Below are positions 49,067 to 58,876 of a stretch of 64,000 bases of DNA, one piece after another (the first letter of the stretch is position 1; every line of letters begins with the position of its first letter). Location: positions 11,284 to 75,283 of the forward strand of contig CAVTZU010000036.1 in the NCBI GenBank assembly GCA_963739305.1. The letters are read 5' to 3'. The notes under the pieces are model-generated. The model was not told where the DNA came from. It made no database searches and saw nothing but the letters and a program-made list of their open reading frames with translations. Made by a program: the position numbers and the translations under genes. The DNA is from Candidatus Bathyarchaeota archaeon. GTDB taxonomy: Archaea > Thermoproteota > Bathyarchaeia > Bathyarchaeales > Bathycorpusculaceae.

Positions 49067-50008
49067 GTGCCCCTGAGAACCATCAAAAAAGAAACCGCCC
49101 AAGCATTATCGCTAGAGTGGGCCCTGCACGTAAAGAACTACCAACTCACCCTCGACAAGGACACGTGCGTCGGCTGCCAAATCTGCACGTTAGCCTGCCC
49201 GAAAGAAGCAGTCAAAACCACAAAACCCACAAAGACTCAACAACAAAAAACACAGAAAGCCACAGTCGACATCGACCTCGCCAAATGCAACTTCTGCGGA
49301 ATATGCGACGCAGCCTGCCCCTACGGCGCCATCAAACTAACAATCGACGGAAAACACGTACTCTCCGTCGTTGAAAAACAATGTTTCCCCTCACTAACAC
49401 GAGACATCCAAGCCGACCCAAACAAGTTCCCAACAAAACACAAAGAAGCCGAAGACGCCTGTCCACTCGGCCTCATCAAAGTCACATACACGACACCCGA
49501 CGGCAAGCCAACCGAAAACCCAACCAGCCTCGCCGAACCCGACCGAAGCTGGTACAAAACCAACGTCAACCTCGACAAAGACCACTGCCCATGCTGCACC
49601 GTCTGCAAAACCAAACTCCCCGACGGAGCAATCCACGTACACAAATTCATAGCAGGAAAACTAAAGATCAACCCGGCAAAATGCCCAGACGGATGCACAC
49701 TCTGCCTTGACGCCTGCCCAATCACAGGAACACTCTACCTGTCACATCAAGACAACAAGGTGCATGTAAACGAAGCCTTCTGCGTCTACTGTGGAGCGTG
49801 CAAGCTAGCCTGCCCGGTTGACGAAGCGTTAGAACTGAAGAGAACAAGCATCAACCACACACCTGTACGCTCAGGAGCATGGAACAAAGCCCTCGAACGC
49901 CTAACCTCACCGACAGACCTAACAAAAGAACTCAAGACCAAAGGCTCCCAAAAAGCGCGTGAGGCAGTCAGAAAACGAACGATGCCGGAGGACCAGAAAC
50001 TTGCCTAA
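49067..50008 (+). CDS. polyferredoxin (FwdF/MvhB-like)
   Basis: Multiple CxxCxxCxxxCP motifs. Confidence 0.85.
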   Translation: MPLRTIKKETAQALSLEWALHVKNYQLTLDKDTCVGCQICTLACPKEAVKTTKPTKTQQQKTQKATVDIDLAKCNFCGICDAACPYGAIKLTIDGKHVLSVVEKQCFPSLTRDIQADPNKFPTKHKEAEDACPLGLIKVTYTTPDGKPTENPTSLAEPDRSWYKTNVNLDKDHCPCCTVCKTKLPDGAIHVHKFIAGKLKINPAKCPDGCTLCLDACPITGTLYLSHQDNKVHVNEAFCVYCGACKLACPVDEALELKRTSINHTPVRSGAWNKALERLTSPTDLTKELKTKGSQKAREAVRKRTMPEDQKLA

Positions 50009-52058
50009 AAAGTCCTCCAAACAGAAGCCCCCAGCAGCCAAAAAACCGACAAAACCCCGGAAAAAAGCCCTTTCTACCAAACCTCAGAGCCCCCGCATCG
50101 GAGTGTTCGTCTGCCAATGCGGCACCAAAATAGCCAGCGTCATCAACGTCCAGGAAGTAACAGACTACGCCAACACCCTGCCAAACGTCGTACACGCGGA
50201 AAACATGAATTACCCCTGCAGCCGCCAAGGCCAAGAAACCATAAAAACCACGATCAAAACCCAAAAACTCAACCGCGTCATCGTCGCAGGCTGCTCACCA
50301 AGACTCTACGAACCAACCTTCCAAACATGCGTCTCCCAAGCCGAGCTGAACCCTTGGCTCTTCGAAATGGCCAACATCCGTGAATTCGCTTCTTACTGCC
50401 ACAAAACAACACCAACAGAAGCAACCGAAAAAGCCAAAGACACCGTCAGGATAGCCGTCGCAAAAGCCCGCCTCCTCGAACCGTTAAAACCCATCGAACT
50501 CCCCATAACCAAAAAAGTCCTAGTCATCGGCGGAGGCATAGCCGGAATCAACGCTGCCCTAGACCTAGCAGACATGAACTTCAAAGTCTACATGGTAGAA
50601 AAAACCGAAACCATCGGCGGCTATATGGCTCTTTTGGACAAAACGTTCCCAACCCTCGACTGCAGCATATGCATCGAAGGACCGAAAATGGTCGACGTAG
50701 GAAGACATCCGAACATAGAGATAATCAGCTACGCCGACATCCAGAAAGTCACGGGCAACATCGGCAACTTCAACGTCAAAATACACAAAAACCCCCGCTA
50801 CGTCATCGCCGCAAACTGCACCGGATGCGGAGAATGCCGAGACGCCTGCCCCATCGAATACCCAAACTACGCCGACATGTACCTCGGCGTGAGAAAAGCA
50901 ATATCCATCCCGTTCGACCAAGCCGTCCCACTCACCCACACGATCAACCGGGACTACTGCATCGAATGCTACAAGTGCGTCGACGCATGCGGAGCCCGAC
51001 AAGCGATCGACTTCGACCAAAAACCAGAAGAAATCACAATCAACGTCGGAGCCATAATACTCAGCACCGGCTACGACATGTACAACCCCAAAGACCTAGA
51101 ATGGACCGGCTACGGAAAACACCAAAACGTCTTCACAGCACTAGAATTTGAAAGACTCATACTCGCAGCCGGCCCAACCGGCGGCAAAGTCGTCCGCGCC
51201 AGCGACGGCCAAAAACCTCACAGCGTAGCCTTCATACAATGCGTCGGCTCACGAGACATCAATCACTACGAATACTGCTCGAGCTTCTGCTGCATGTACA
51301 CCATCAAACACGCCGTCATGCTCAAAGAAAAATACCGCGAAGCTATCGAAGTCAACGTCCTATACAACGACATGAGAAGCAACTTCAAAGGCTATGAAGA
51401 ATTCTTCAACCGCGCCCAAAAATCAGGAGTCAAATTCACACGCGTCAAACTCGAAAAGCGCCGCGTAATCGAAGACCCCAAAACCAACAACCTCACGGTC
51501 CACGCAGAAACAGAGGACGGAAAAACCGTCACCGTACACGCCGAAATGGTGGTCCTCGCAAACGCAGCAATCCCAACACAGACCAACCCTGAAATCGCCA
51601 AAATCCTCGGTCTGCAATTGGGCAAAGATGGGTTCTTCATCGAATGCCAACCCAAAATCCGCCCCACCGACACCTCCGTACCAGGAATCTTCATGGCGGG
51701 CGCATGCCAAGGACTGAAAGATATCCCCTACAGCGTAGCTCAAGGAAGCGCCGCTGCAGCACAAGTCGCATCCGTCCTGAGCAGAGACTCATGGCCCGTC
51801 GAGCCACTGGTAGCCCAGATAAACGAGGACCTCTGCAGCGCCTGCGGAGTATGCGAACCAGCCTGCAGCTACCACGCAATCAGCCTGCAAAGAAAAGGAG
51901 ACAAATCGATTGTAAAGATCGCCGACGGCCTGTGTCGCGGATGCGGCATATGCAGCTCAGCCTGCCCGATGGACGCTGTCAAAATGCCCAATTACTCCGA
52001 CGGCCAGATCGTCGCCCAGATCCAAGCGGTTACAGAGAAAAAGGTGCCCCCCAAGTGA
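50001..52058 (+). CDS. hdrA: heterodisulfide reductase subunit A-like flavoprotein
   Basis: GVFVCQCG, AGCSP, NIRE, GGGIAG, KTFPTLDCSIC, QCVGSR, CSSFCC, C-terminal ferredoxin; TTG after GGAGG. Confidence 0.93.
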   Translation: MPKKSSKQKPPAAKKPTKPRKKALSTKPQSPRIGVFVCQCGTKIASVINVQEVTDYANTLPNVVHAENMNYPCSRQGQETIKTTIKTQKLNRVIVAGCSPRLYEPTFQTCVSQAELNPWLFEMANIREFASYCHKTTPTEATEKAKDTVRIAVAKARLLEPLKPIELPITKKVLVIGGGIAGINAALDLADMNFKVYMVEKTETIGGYMALLDKTFPTLDCSICIEGPKMVDVGRHPNIEIISYADIQKVTGNIGNFNVKIHKNPRYVIAANCTGCGECRDACPIEYPNYADMYLGVRKAISIPFDQAVPLTHTINRDYCIECYKCVDACGARQAIDFDQKPEEITINVGAIILSTGYDMYNPKDLEWTGYGKHQNVFTALEFERLILAAGPTGGKVVRASDGQKPHSVAFIQCVGSRDINHYEYCSSFCCMYTIKHAVMLKEKYREAIEVNVLYNDMRSNFKGYEEFFNRAQKSGVKFTRVKLEKRRVIEDPKTNNLTVHAETEDGKTVTVHAEMVVLANAAIPTQTNPEIAKILGLQLGKDGFFIECQPKIRPTDTSVPGIFMAGACQGLKDIPYSVAQGSAAAAQVASVLSRDSWPVEPLVAQINEDLCSACGVCEPACSYHAISLQRKGDKSIVKIADGLCRGCGICSSACPMDAVKMPNYSDGQIVAQIQAVTEKKVPPK

Positions 52059-54556
52059 CCGCGCAATTAGCTTCACAGCCTCAGAAAGCAGTCGCCGAGC
52101 CACGCATCGGCGTCTTCGTTTGCTACTGCGGCCTCAACATCGCCGGCACAGTGGACGTTGAAGACGTAGCCGAGTACGCACGCAAACTTCCCGGAGTCGT
52201 CTACGTCAAAACAAACCGCTACACATGCGCCGACCCTGGTCAAGAAGAAATCAGAAAAGGAATCAAAGAACACAAGTTAGATCGCGTCGTCGTCGCCGCG
52301 TGCTCACCCAGAATGCACGAACCAACCTTCCGTAGAACGGTCTCAGAAGCCGGCCTAAACCCATTCGTCTACGAGATGGCCAACATCCGCGAGTTCTCAT
52401 CCTGGTGCCACCAAGGCACGCCAAAAGAAGCAACCGAGAAAGCCAAAGAACTCGTGAAAATGGCTGTAGCCAAGGTGAGACTCCTTGAGCCCCTTGACGT
52501 CATCGAGGTTCCAGTCATCAACAGGGCCCTCGTCGTCGGAGCAGGCGTCGCCGGTGCAAGCGCAGCCGTTGACTTGGCCGAGATGGGTTATCAAGTCTAC
52601 CTGGTCGAGCGCTCCGAAATAATCGGGGGACACATGGCTCAACTGGGCAAAACGTTTCCCGTCTTCGAGTGCTCAAACTGTCCCCAACAGATCCACTGCC
52701 CAAGGTTCTCGTGCGTAGCCACACGAATCGGCGCCGCCGCCGTTCAACCAAAGATCAACCTGCTCGCCTACTCCGACGTAACACACGTCGAAGGAGTCAT
52801 CGGAAGCTACAAAGTCACCGTTGCAAGGAAACCGAGGTTCGTCGACGAGTACAAGTGCACAAGCTGCGGAAAATGCTCCGAAGCCTGCCCCGTTGAGACA
52901 GCTAGCAAGTTTGACGCAGGCGTAAGGAAGCGGAAAGCCATCTACCTGCCGTTCTCAGACGCGAGTCCCAACACCTATACCGTCGACAAAGAGGCATGCC
53001 TATTCTTCAGAGACGGAAGCTGCAGGAAGTGCCAGGAAACGTGCCCCGTCGGCGCCGTCGATTTCGAGCAGAAGCCAACGGAGGAAAAGCTAGACGTCGG
53101 ATGCATGGTCGTTGCCACGGGCTACGACGTCTACGAACCCCTCGACCTACCGAATTACGGCTACGGCAAACACAAGAACGTCGTTACCGCATTGCAGCTC
53201 GAGAGAATCATTGATTCCGGCACTCAGATCTTGGGAGAGCTTAGAAAGCCTTCCGATGGCAAGATGCCTGAAAGCCTGACGTACATTCAATGCGTCGGCT
53301 CACGAGACATAAACAAGTTCGAGTACTGCTCGGGCTTCTGCTGCATGCTCACACTCAAGAGCGCCGTCTTCCTGAAAGAGAAGTATGGTGACCAACTGAA
53401 AATCAACGTGCTCTACACCGACATGCGCGCAAACAGAAAAGGTTACGAAGAACTCTTCAATAAAGCACAGAACCTCGGCATAAGCTTCGTCCGCGTCAAG
53501 CTGACTAACAAGAAAGTGACCGAAGACCCAACCACAAAGAAGCTCACGGCATATGCCGAGAAGGAAAATGGCGAGCCCGTTCAAGTGGAGAGCGACATGA
53601 TCGTACTAGCAACGGCCGCCGTTCCCAGTCAAGGCTCAGAAGAAGTCGCAAGAGTCTTCAACATCAGTCGCGGCAGCGACGGTTTCTTCATGGAAAGCCA
53701 CCCCAAGCTCAAACCGATCGACACGCCCTCAGACGGCGTCTACGTTGCCGGAGGCTGCCAAGGACCAAAGGACGTTCCCTACAGCGTTTCACAAGGTTTA
53801 GGAGCAGCTGCAAGGGCCGCAACAATTCTGGCAAAGCCAACGTATAAAATCCAACCGATCGTAGCCGTTGTCGACCCAGTAAAATGCCGAAACGCGAAAG
53901 TCAAGTGTGGACTCTGCGCGAAAGCCTGCCCCTACGGTGCAATACGCGCGCCAGATGGCCAGATTGCAATAACCGAGAGCGCAATGTGTCACGGCTGCGG
54001 CACATGCGTTGCAGAGTGTCCAGCCGATGCGATCACCCAGAAACATTTCACAGACGCACAGATCATCTCGCAGATTAGAGCGGCTTTGGAAACAGAACCC
54101 GAAGGAAAAATCCTCGCGTTCCTGTGCAACTGGTGCAGCTACGCCGGAGCAGATCTGGCGGGCACGAGCAGGTTCGAGTACCCTCCCGTGATTCGGCCGA
54201 TCAGAGTCATGTGTTCAGGAAGGGTAGACCGAGATTTCGTGCTAGAAGCGTTCAGGCTCGGCGCCGGGATGGTAATGGTCGGCGCTTGTCACTTACCCTA
54301 CGACTGCCACTACATCAGCGGAAACTACCGAATGAAGGCAAGAATGGACGCGCTGGCGCCGATGCTGCAGAAGCTCGGAATGAGCCCTGAAAGGCTGCGA
54401 GTTGAGTATGTCTCGGCGGCCGAAGGGATCAAGTTTGCCGAGGTCGTCCGGGAGATCGATGGACAGATGCGGGCGCTGGGCAAGGAAAAGATCGTTGCTG
54501 AGAACGCCAAGATGCGTCCAATCTTGGAAAACATGCTGAAGAGAAAGCAGCAGTAG
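52055..54556 (+). CDS. hdrA: HdrA fused to C-terminal MvhD
   Basis: Second HdrA (GTG 52055 overlaps the previous stop) followed by FLCNWCSYAGAD..RVMCSGR..CH..DCHY (MvhD). Confidence 0.92.
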   Translation: MTAQLASQPQKAVAEPRIGVFVCYCGLNIAGTVDVEDVAEYARKLPGVVYVKTNRYTCADPGQEEIRKGIKEHKLDRVVVAACSPRMHEPTFRRTVSEAGLNPFVYEMANIREFSSWCHQGTPKEATEKAKELVKMAVAKVRLLEPLDVIEVPVINRALVVGAGVAGASAAVDLAEMGYQVYLVERSEIIGGHMAQLGKTFPVFECSNCPQQIHCPRFSCVATRIGAAAVQPKINLLAYSDVTHVEGVIGSYKVTVARKPRFVDEYKCTSCGKCSEACPVETASKFDAGVRKRKAIYLPFSDASPNTYTVDKEACLFFRDGSCRKCQETCPVGAVDFEQKPTEEKLDVGCMVVATGYDVYEPLDLPNYGYGKHKNVVTALQLERIIDSGTQILGELRKPSDGKMPESLTYIQCVGSRDINKFEYCSGFCCMLTLKSAVFLKEKYGDQLKINVLYTDMRANRKGYEELFNKAQNLGISFVRVKLTNKKVTEDPTTKKLTAYAEKENGEPVQVESDMIVLATAAVPSQGSEEVARVFNISRGSDGFFMESHPKLKPIDTPSDGVYVAGGCQGPKDVPYSVSQGLGAAARAATILAKPTYKIQPIVAVVDPVKCRNAKVKCGLCAKACPYGAIRAPDGQIAITESAMCHGCGTCVAECPADAITQKHFTDAQIISQIRAALETEPEGKILAFLCNWCSYAGADLAGTSRFEYPPVIRPIRVMCSGRVDRDFVLEAFRLGAGMVMVGACHLPYDCHYISGNYRMKARMDALAPMLQKLGMSPERLRVEYVSAAEGIKFAEVVREIDGQMRALGKEKIVAENAKMRPILENMLKRKQQ

Positions 54557-54585
54557 CCGAGAAGCTCGGCTAGGGGTTACTCAAC

Positions 54586-55524
54586 GTGGTTTTTGACAGT
54601 TTTGGCTCACAAACGGAAATAGGTGAGGAAGTCAGCTTGGATGCTATGGCTGTCAAGATCAGAAAACTGCGTCCGTCGGATCGTGCCGACATAGCGGAGA
54701 TTTCTCGACACGTCTGGGAAGGACACGATTACCTACCGTCGGTCGCTGAAGAATGGCTCAAGGACAAGAATTGCTACTTCTACGGCGTCGTGGCCGACGA
54801 TCACGTCGTAGCCGTCGGCAACCTACATCTGCTGGAGAACGGACGAACCGGCTGGATGGAAGGGTTAAGGGTCCATCCTGACTACAGGGGCAAAGGATAT
54901 GCAAACGAGATGACCCTCTACCTAGTTCGAAAAGCAGAAGACCTGGGCGTTCGTCGCCTTCGATACACCACGTCCGACGAGAACGCTGCTTCCCTGAAGC
55001 TCGCAAAGATGGCCGGGTTCTCAAGGCTTCTGGAAATGGCCGTGCTCTGGAGCGCCAACCCCAAAACAGCTCCTCCCGTGCAAGGCTGTTATCCAATAGA
55101 GAGAACGACACCTGCAAGAATCTACGAGTTGTTACAGACTAATCCCAGCATTGTTCCCCGCGGAATTCTGATTTACGACTGGAAGGCCGTCGACAGTGAA
55201 CTCCAAAATCTCGAAGAGATCGGCAAAACCCACGGGTTCTACGTAGCGCTCAAGAACGGAAAAATAGATTCCTTCTCGTTCGGCCATCTCAGACAAGAGT
55301 TTAACAGTACCTGGAGTTTTACAACGTACGCTCGCGATTCCGAGGGCTTCTTGGCTCAGCTTTCCTACAGCTTAACGAACGCTCTGAAACTAGGCTGCAA
55401 TTGGATCATGTTCACGTTTGAAAAAAGATTCGAAGAGGCAGCAAAGCAAGTGGACCTGCAATCCGAAGAGCAAGATTTGGGTCATCTCGTTCTGCTTGAA
55501 AAGCAGATTCAGCCGGCAAATTGA
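54586..55524 (+). CDS. GNAT-family acetyltransferase
   Basis: DYLP, EGLRVHPDYRGKGYA, NAASLKLA..GF; true start may be 54637 or 54646. Confidence 0.85.
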   Translation: MVFDSFGSQTEIGEEVSLDAMAVKIRKLRPSDRADIAEISRHVWEGHDYLPSVAEEWLKDKNCYFYGVVADDHVVAVGNLHLLENGRTGWMEGLRVHPDYRGKGYANEMTLYLVRKAEDLGVRRLRYTTSDENAASLKLAKMAGFSRLLEMAVLWSANPKTAPPVQGCYPIERTTPARIYELLQTNPSIVPRGILIYDWKAVDSELQNLEEIGKTHGFYVALKNGKIDSFSFGHLRQEFNSTWSFTTYARDSEGFLAQLSYSLTNALKLGCNWIMFTFEKRFEEAAKQVDLQSEEQDLGHLVLLEKQIQPAN

Positions 55525-55606
55525 CGTAGCATGAAGGGCGCTCTCTGAACCCAGTCGCACAAAGCTTTTATCTGGTTGAATCAAATTCATCCACAGAGGT
55601 TAAAAA

Positions 55607-56261
55607 ATGGAATTAGAATCTGCAAAAAACATCGGCGGCGTAGGTGCAATACTACTTGTCATAGGATCTTTAGCAATATTTGCAAATTCCTACGGAGGAC
55701 TACTTTCCCTCGCAGGCATAATACTGGTACTTATCGGGTTGAAAGGAATGGCCGACAACTACAAGGAAGGAGGAATAATCAACAATGCCCTGTATTCAGT
55801 TGTCACGGCAATCGTCGGTGGAGTGGTTTCCATAGGCGTACTTGTTGCGTCCGTCCTCGTATTCTTATCCAACGCTCCTGACTGGCTGAAAACGCCGCTT
55901 CAAGCTGGGGATTGGCAGGGATTATCGAACGCCGTTCAGCAACACATAAGCATCGAACGACTTCAGCTCTCTGTGGACTCTCATCGGATCCGTTATAATA
56001 GCTATCGTCGTGCTGTTCGTATTCATCGTGATCACGACGTTCTTCTTCAGAAGGTCCCTAGGATTGTTATCGAAGAAGAGCAACGTTGGGCTTTTCGGAA
56101 CAACAGGCTTGCTCTTTCTGATAGGTGGCTTGCTAACAATAGTGCTAATCGGATTCGTCCTGATCTGGATAAGCTGGATAATGCTGGCCGTAGCCTTCTT
56201 CCAAGTAAAAGCCCTTCCTCAACCACAGCCACCCCCTCCAGCTCCCACGACTCAACTTTGA
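55607..56261 (+). pseudogene. DUF996-like membrane protein with a one-base frameshift
   Basis: AK.IGGVGAIL...G.ILVLIG; the TM-rich second half (LFGTTGLL..IG.LL.I.LIG...AVAFF) is in the +1 frame from about 55949. Confidence 0.7.
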
Positions 56262-56456
56262 TGAAAGCCAAACAGAAACGGCAACCACCGCCCCTGTCTT
56301 TTCTTTTTCTTTGTCACATTGGACCAGAGGTGCGAACGCTATCAAAGTTGTTATGTTTGATGGAAACTCAAAGATCTCACGCTACATGATTGAGCTAGTT
56401 TGTTATTTGCTGAAGTGCAAATTCAGCTTCCTTCTGAGTCCTCGCTTAGGGACTGG

Positions 56457-56595
56457 TCAACATGGTTTTTGATTGAAAAACAGTCTAAAACACCCTACCC
56501 CCCTACCTTTTTTTCTTGCACGGTTCTGGGGTTGAGCCTTTCGTGAGGGCGTTGGTTGATTCTTGCTGTGGTTTTCGCTTGGATCTGCATGTTGA
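56457..56595 (-). repeat. 139-bp dispersed element, copy 3 (inverted, hairpin altered)
   Basis: Perfect TCAACATG/CATGTTGA ends; GGGGGGTAGGGTGTTTTAGA and A7 tract on the minus strand. Confidence 0.8.
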
Positions 56596-56850
56596 GTGTG
56601 ACAGAATAATAGACTTTCATTGCGTAAAGAAGCCGGTGATCTCAGGCGTTGTCAAGGATGTTAGAAAACTCTGATGAAGCACACGCGAGGTTGACTTCGG
56701 TCGTAGAAGCGCGAGCGCAATTGCTTCGAAATCAACCCTGAAAAGCTCTTGGAGGCAGCCAGAAATGCCATGGCTCCGGTGTTATGTGCGTCTCAAATTG
56801 ATATGTGCAATCTCGCTATGTTTTTAAGCAGACTATTCATTTAGCTCGGC

Positions 56851-57828
56851 GTGCAAAGTGTGATCGAGAAGCTAAAACTATTCGGAACTGTCTCCAGGGC
56901 CGAGTTCATACTACCTAATCTAGGCTCCCTGATCCTTGGACTCGCTTGGGGAGCGACACGAGCCTTGGACCTCACGAGTCTAGTCGTACTCTTGGTTTTG
57001 TCCTTTGCAATAATCAATCTGAGCTCAGCGATTGGCGCTCAAGTCAACACTTACTCCGATTATGACCTGGATTCCAAAGATGATCGCAAGAAACGGCTGG
57101 TTCAGGCCGTTGATTCTTTCGGTCGGAATCGCCTCAAGACAGCGTACACTGTGGAGTTTCTCGTTGCATTGTTGTTAGTTTCTTTGTTCGCTCTCATCCA
57201 AGGAAAGCCTGTTCTATTGTTGATGTGGATCGTAGGAATTTTCTTAGGCTGGGCATACTCTGCTCCACCGTTGAGGTTGAAGGCTAGATCTTGGTTGGCG
57301 CCCGCCTCGCTTTTCCTCGTGCTTGCCATTTTTCCCGTGCTCTTCGCTTACTACTCTTTTACATCCATCGTGGAGCCCCTCTTTCTCATGTCCCTCGCAG
57401 GACTAACCCTTACGATCTACGGCGTGATAATACCCACCGAAACCCGAGACTATTTTGGGGACAAGGCAATGCATATCGAGACGTTGACAGTTCACCTGGG
57501 GCTCGTCAAAGCTTCACTTCTTGCCATCGTCTTGCTGGCAACTGGTGCTGCTTTCACGGCAGTCGCGTTCTTGCTGAGATTCGTTTATGATGGCCATTCA
57601 CTGTTGGGCCTTTTCTTGCTAATCATACCAGTGGCCGTTCTATTCGTGCTCGGAAAACTCAGGAAACTCTATCTCCTTTCTAAGGAATACGTGGCTTCTG
57701 GGGCCAAAACGTCAATCGGAGAAGAGATCGTAGCACTTTCTTCGGACAACCCCCGTTGGATCATGCTTGTTACCCAAACTTACAGTTTCATTTCCATCTT
57801 GCTTCTGGTCTCCAAATTCCTGCTCTGA
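56851..57828 (+). CDS. UbiA-family prenyltransferase
   Basis: NTYSDYDLD, YSAPPLRLK, RDYFGD; multiple TM. Confidence 0.88.
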   Translation: MQSVIEKLKLFGTVSRAEFILPNLGSLILGLAWGATRALDLTSLVVLLVLSFAIINLSSAIGAQVNTYSDYDLDSKDDRKKRLVQAVDSFGRNRLKTAYTVEFLVALLLVSLFALIQGKPVLLLMWIVGIFLGWAYSAPPLRLKARSWLAPASLFLVLAIFPVLFAYYSFTSIVEPLFLMSLAGLTLTIYGVIIPTETRDYFGDKAMHIETLTVHLGLVKASLLAIVLLATGAAFTAVAFLLRFVYDGHSLLGLFLLIIPVAVLFVLGKLRKLYLLSKEYVASGAKTSIGEEIVALSSDNPRWIMLVTQTYSFISILLLVSKFLL

Positions 57829-57921
57829 CGACATATTCAAAAAACGCCTGATTCAATTTCTGAAGATGCAAAATTTGCAAACCTAATGAAAAGAAGGATA
57901 TGAGTTCGTTAAGCCACGCGT

Positions 57922-57987
57922 CTATTCTTCGTCGTCATCGCTTTCGCTTTCATCTTCGTCTTCGTCCCATTCTTCCTCTTCGCTCGT
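57922..57987 (-). CDS. putative 21-aa ultra-acidic micropeptide with ACG start
   Basis: (M)SEEEEWDEDEDESESDDDEE*; GAGGTG 7 nt upstream; GAAAGGTTTAAA promoter-like site at 58024-58035. Confidence 0.5.
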   Translation of the reverse strand, partial: TSEEEEWDEDEDESESDDDEE

Positions 57988-58072
57988 AATATTTCACCTC
58001 AACCAGATAATTTCTAGGTGGTGTTTAAACCTTTCAGCCGTGAAAGGTGATCGCACTTGTACGGAGTGGCCT

Positions 58073-58855
58073 TCACATGTATTTTAGAATCATGTTCGCT
58101 CCGGCGACTATAAGTATGGCACAGAAGATCATCGTCAGATTTCTGTTTGAGATTTTTCCAGAAGTGTAAGCTCCGACTTGCGCGCCGACAACGGTTCCTA
58201 GCGCAAAGAGTAAGGCAGTTGGGAAGTTTACTAGACCTGAGAGGTAATATTCCGTAACGCCGCTTGTTGCCGTAAAAATTATCGTGAACATTGAGGTGGC
58301 CACAGCTATGCTAATCGGCATGCCTAATGCAATTGTCATTATCGGCACGATGAGTATTCCTCCCCCTATTCCAAGAAGGCCAGACGCGAAGCCGCCGAAG
58401 AAGCCCAATGCGACGCCGATGATAGCCATTTTTCCCGTTCTCAGCACTTCCTTGTCTGTTCTTGTCGTTTGAGCTTGACTTTCGCTTTTTCTTCTTAGCA
58501 ACCCGATGATCATGCGGAGGGCGACGAGAACCAGAAAAATGCCGAAGGTGAGTCCAAGAACCTGTTCTTGAGCCATACCTGCAACCCAGCTGCCCACAAA
58601 GGCGCCTGGAGCCGTGGTTAACGCCAAGACTAACCCAGTTCTGTAATAGATTCTTTTTTGTCTCGCATAGTTGATTGAAGAGGCCAATGCTGTGAAGATT
58701 ATAGCAGTCAGGCTCGTTCCGGTTGCGGCATTAACTCTGAAATCGTAGAAGAAGGTGAGTATGGGAACGATGAAAATGCCGCCGCCTATCCCTGCCATCG
58801 AGGCTATTATGCCGATAAAAAACCCGAATATAATCAGCAGCAATTGATCCAGCAT
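58073..58855 (-). CDS. TauE/SafE (TSUP) family transporter
   Basis: GIGGG twice, A.GTS/AVATS, about 8 TM. Confidence 0.9.
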   Translation of the reverse strand: MLDQLLLIIFGFFIGIIASMAGIGGGIFIVPILTFFYDFRVNAATGTSLTAIIFTALASSINYARQKRIYYRTGLVLALTTAPGAFVGSWVAGMAQEQVLGLTFGIFLVLVALRMIIGLLRRKSESQAQTTRTDKEVLRTGKMAIIGVALGFFGGFASGLLGIGGGILIVPIMTIALGMPISIAVATSMFTIIFTATSGVTEYYLSGLVNFPTALLFALGTVVGAQVGAYTSGKISNRNLTMIFCAILIVAGANMILKYM

Positions 58856-58876
58856 GGAGCGCTCCCTTTCCAGTTC

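Noticed and set aside
51644-52054. Long N-terminal extension of the second HdrA
   Set aside because: Overlaps the first hdrA in another frame; HdrA homology begins after GTG 52055.
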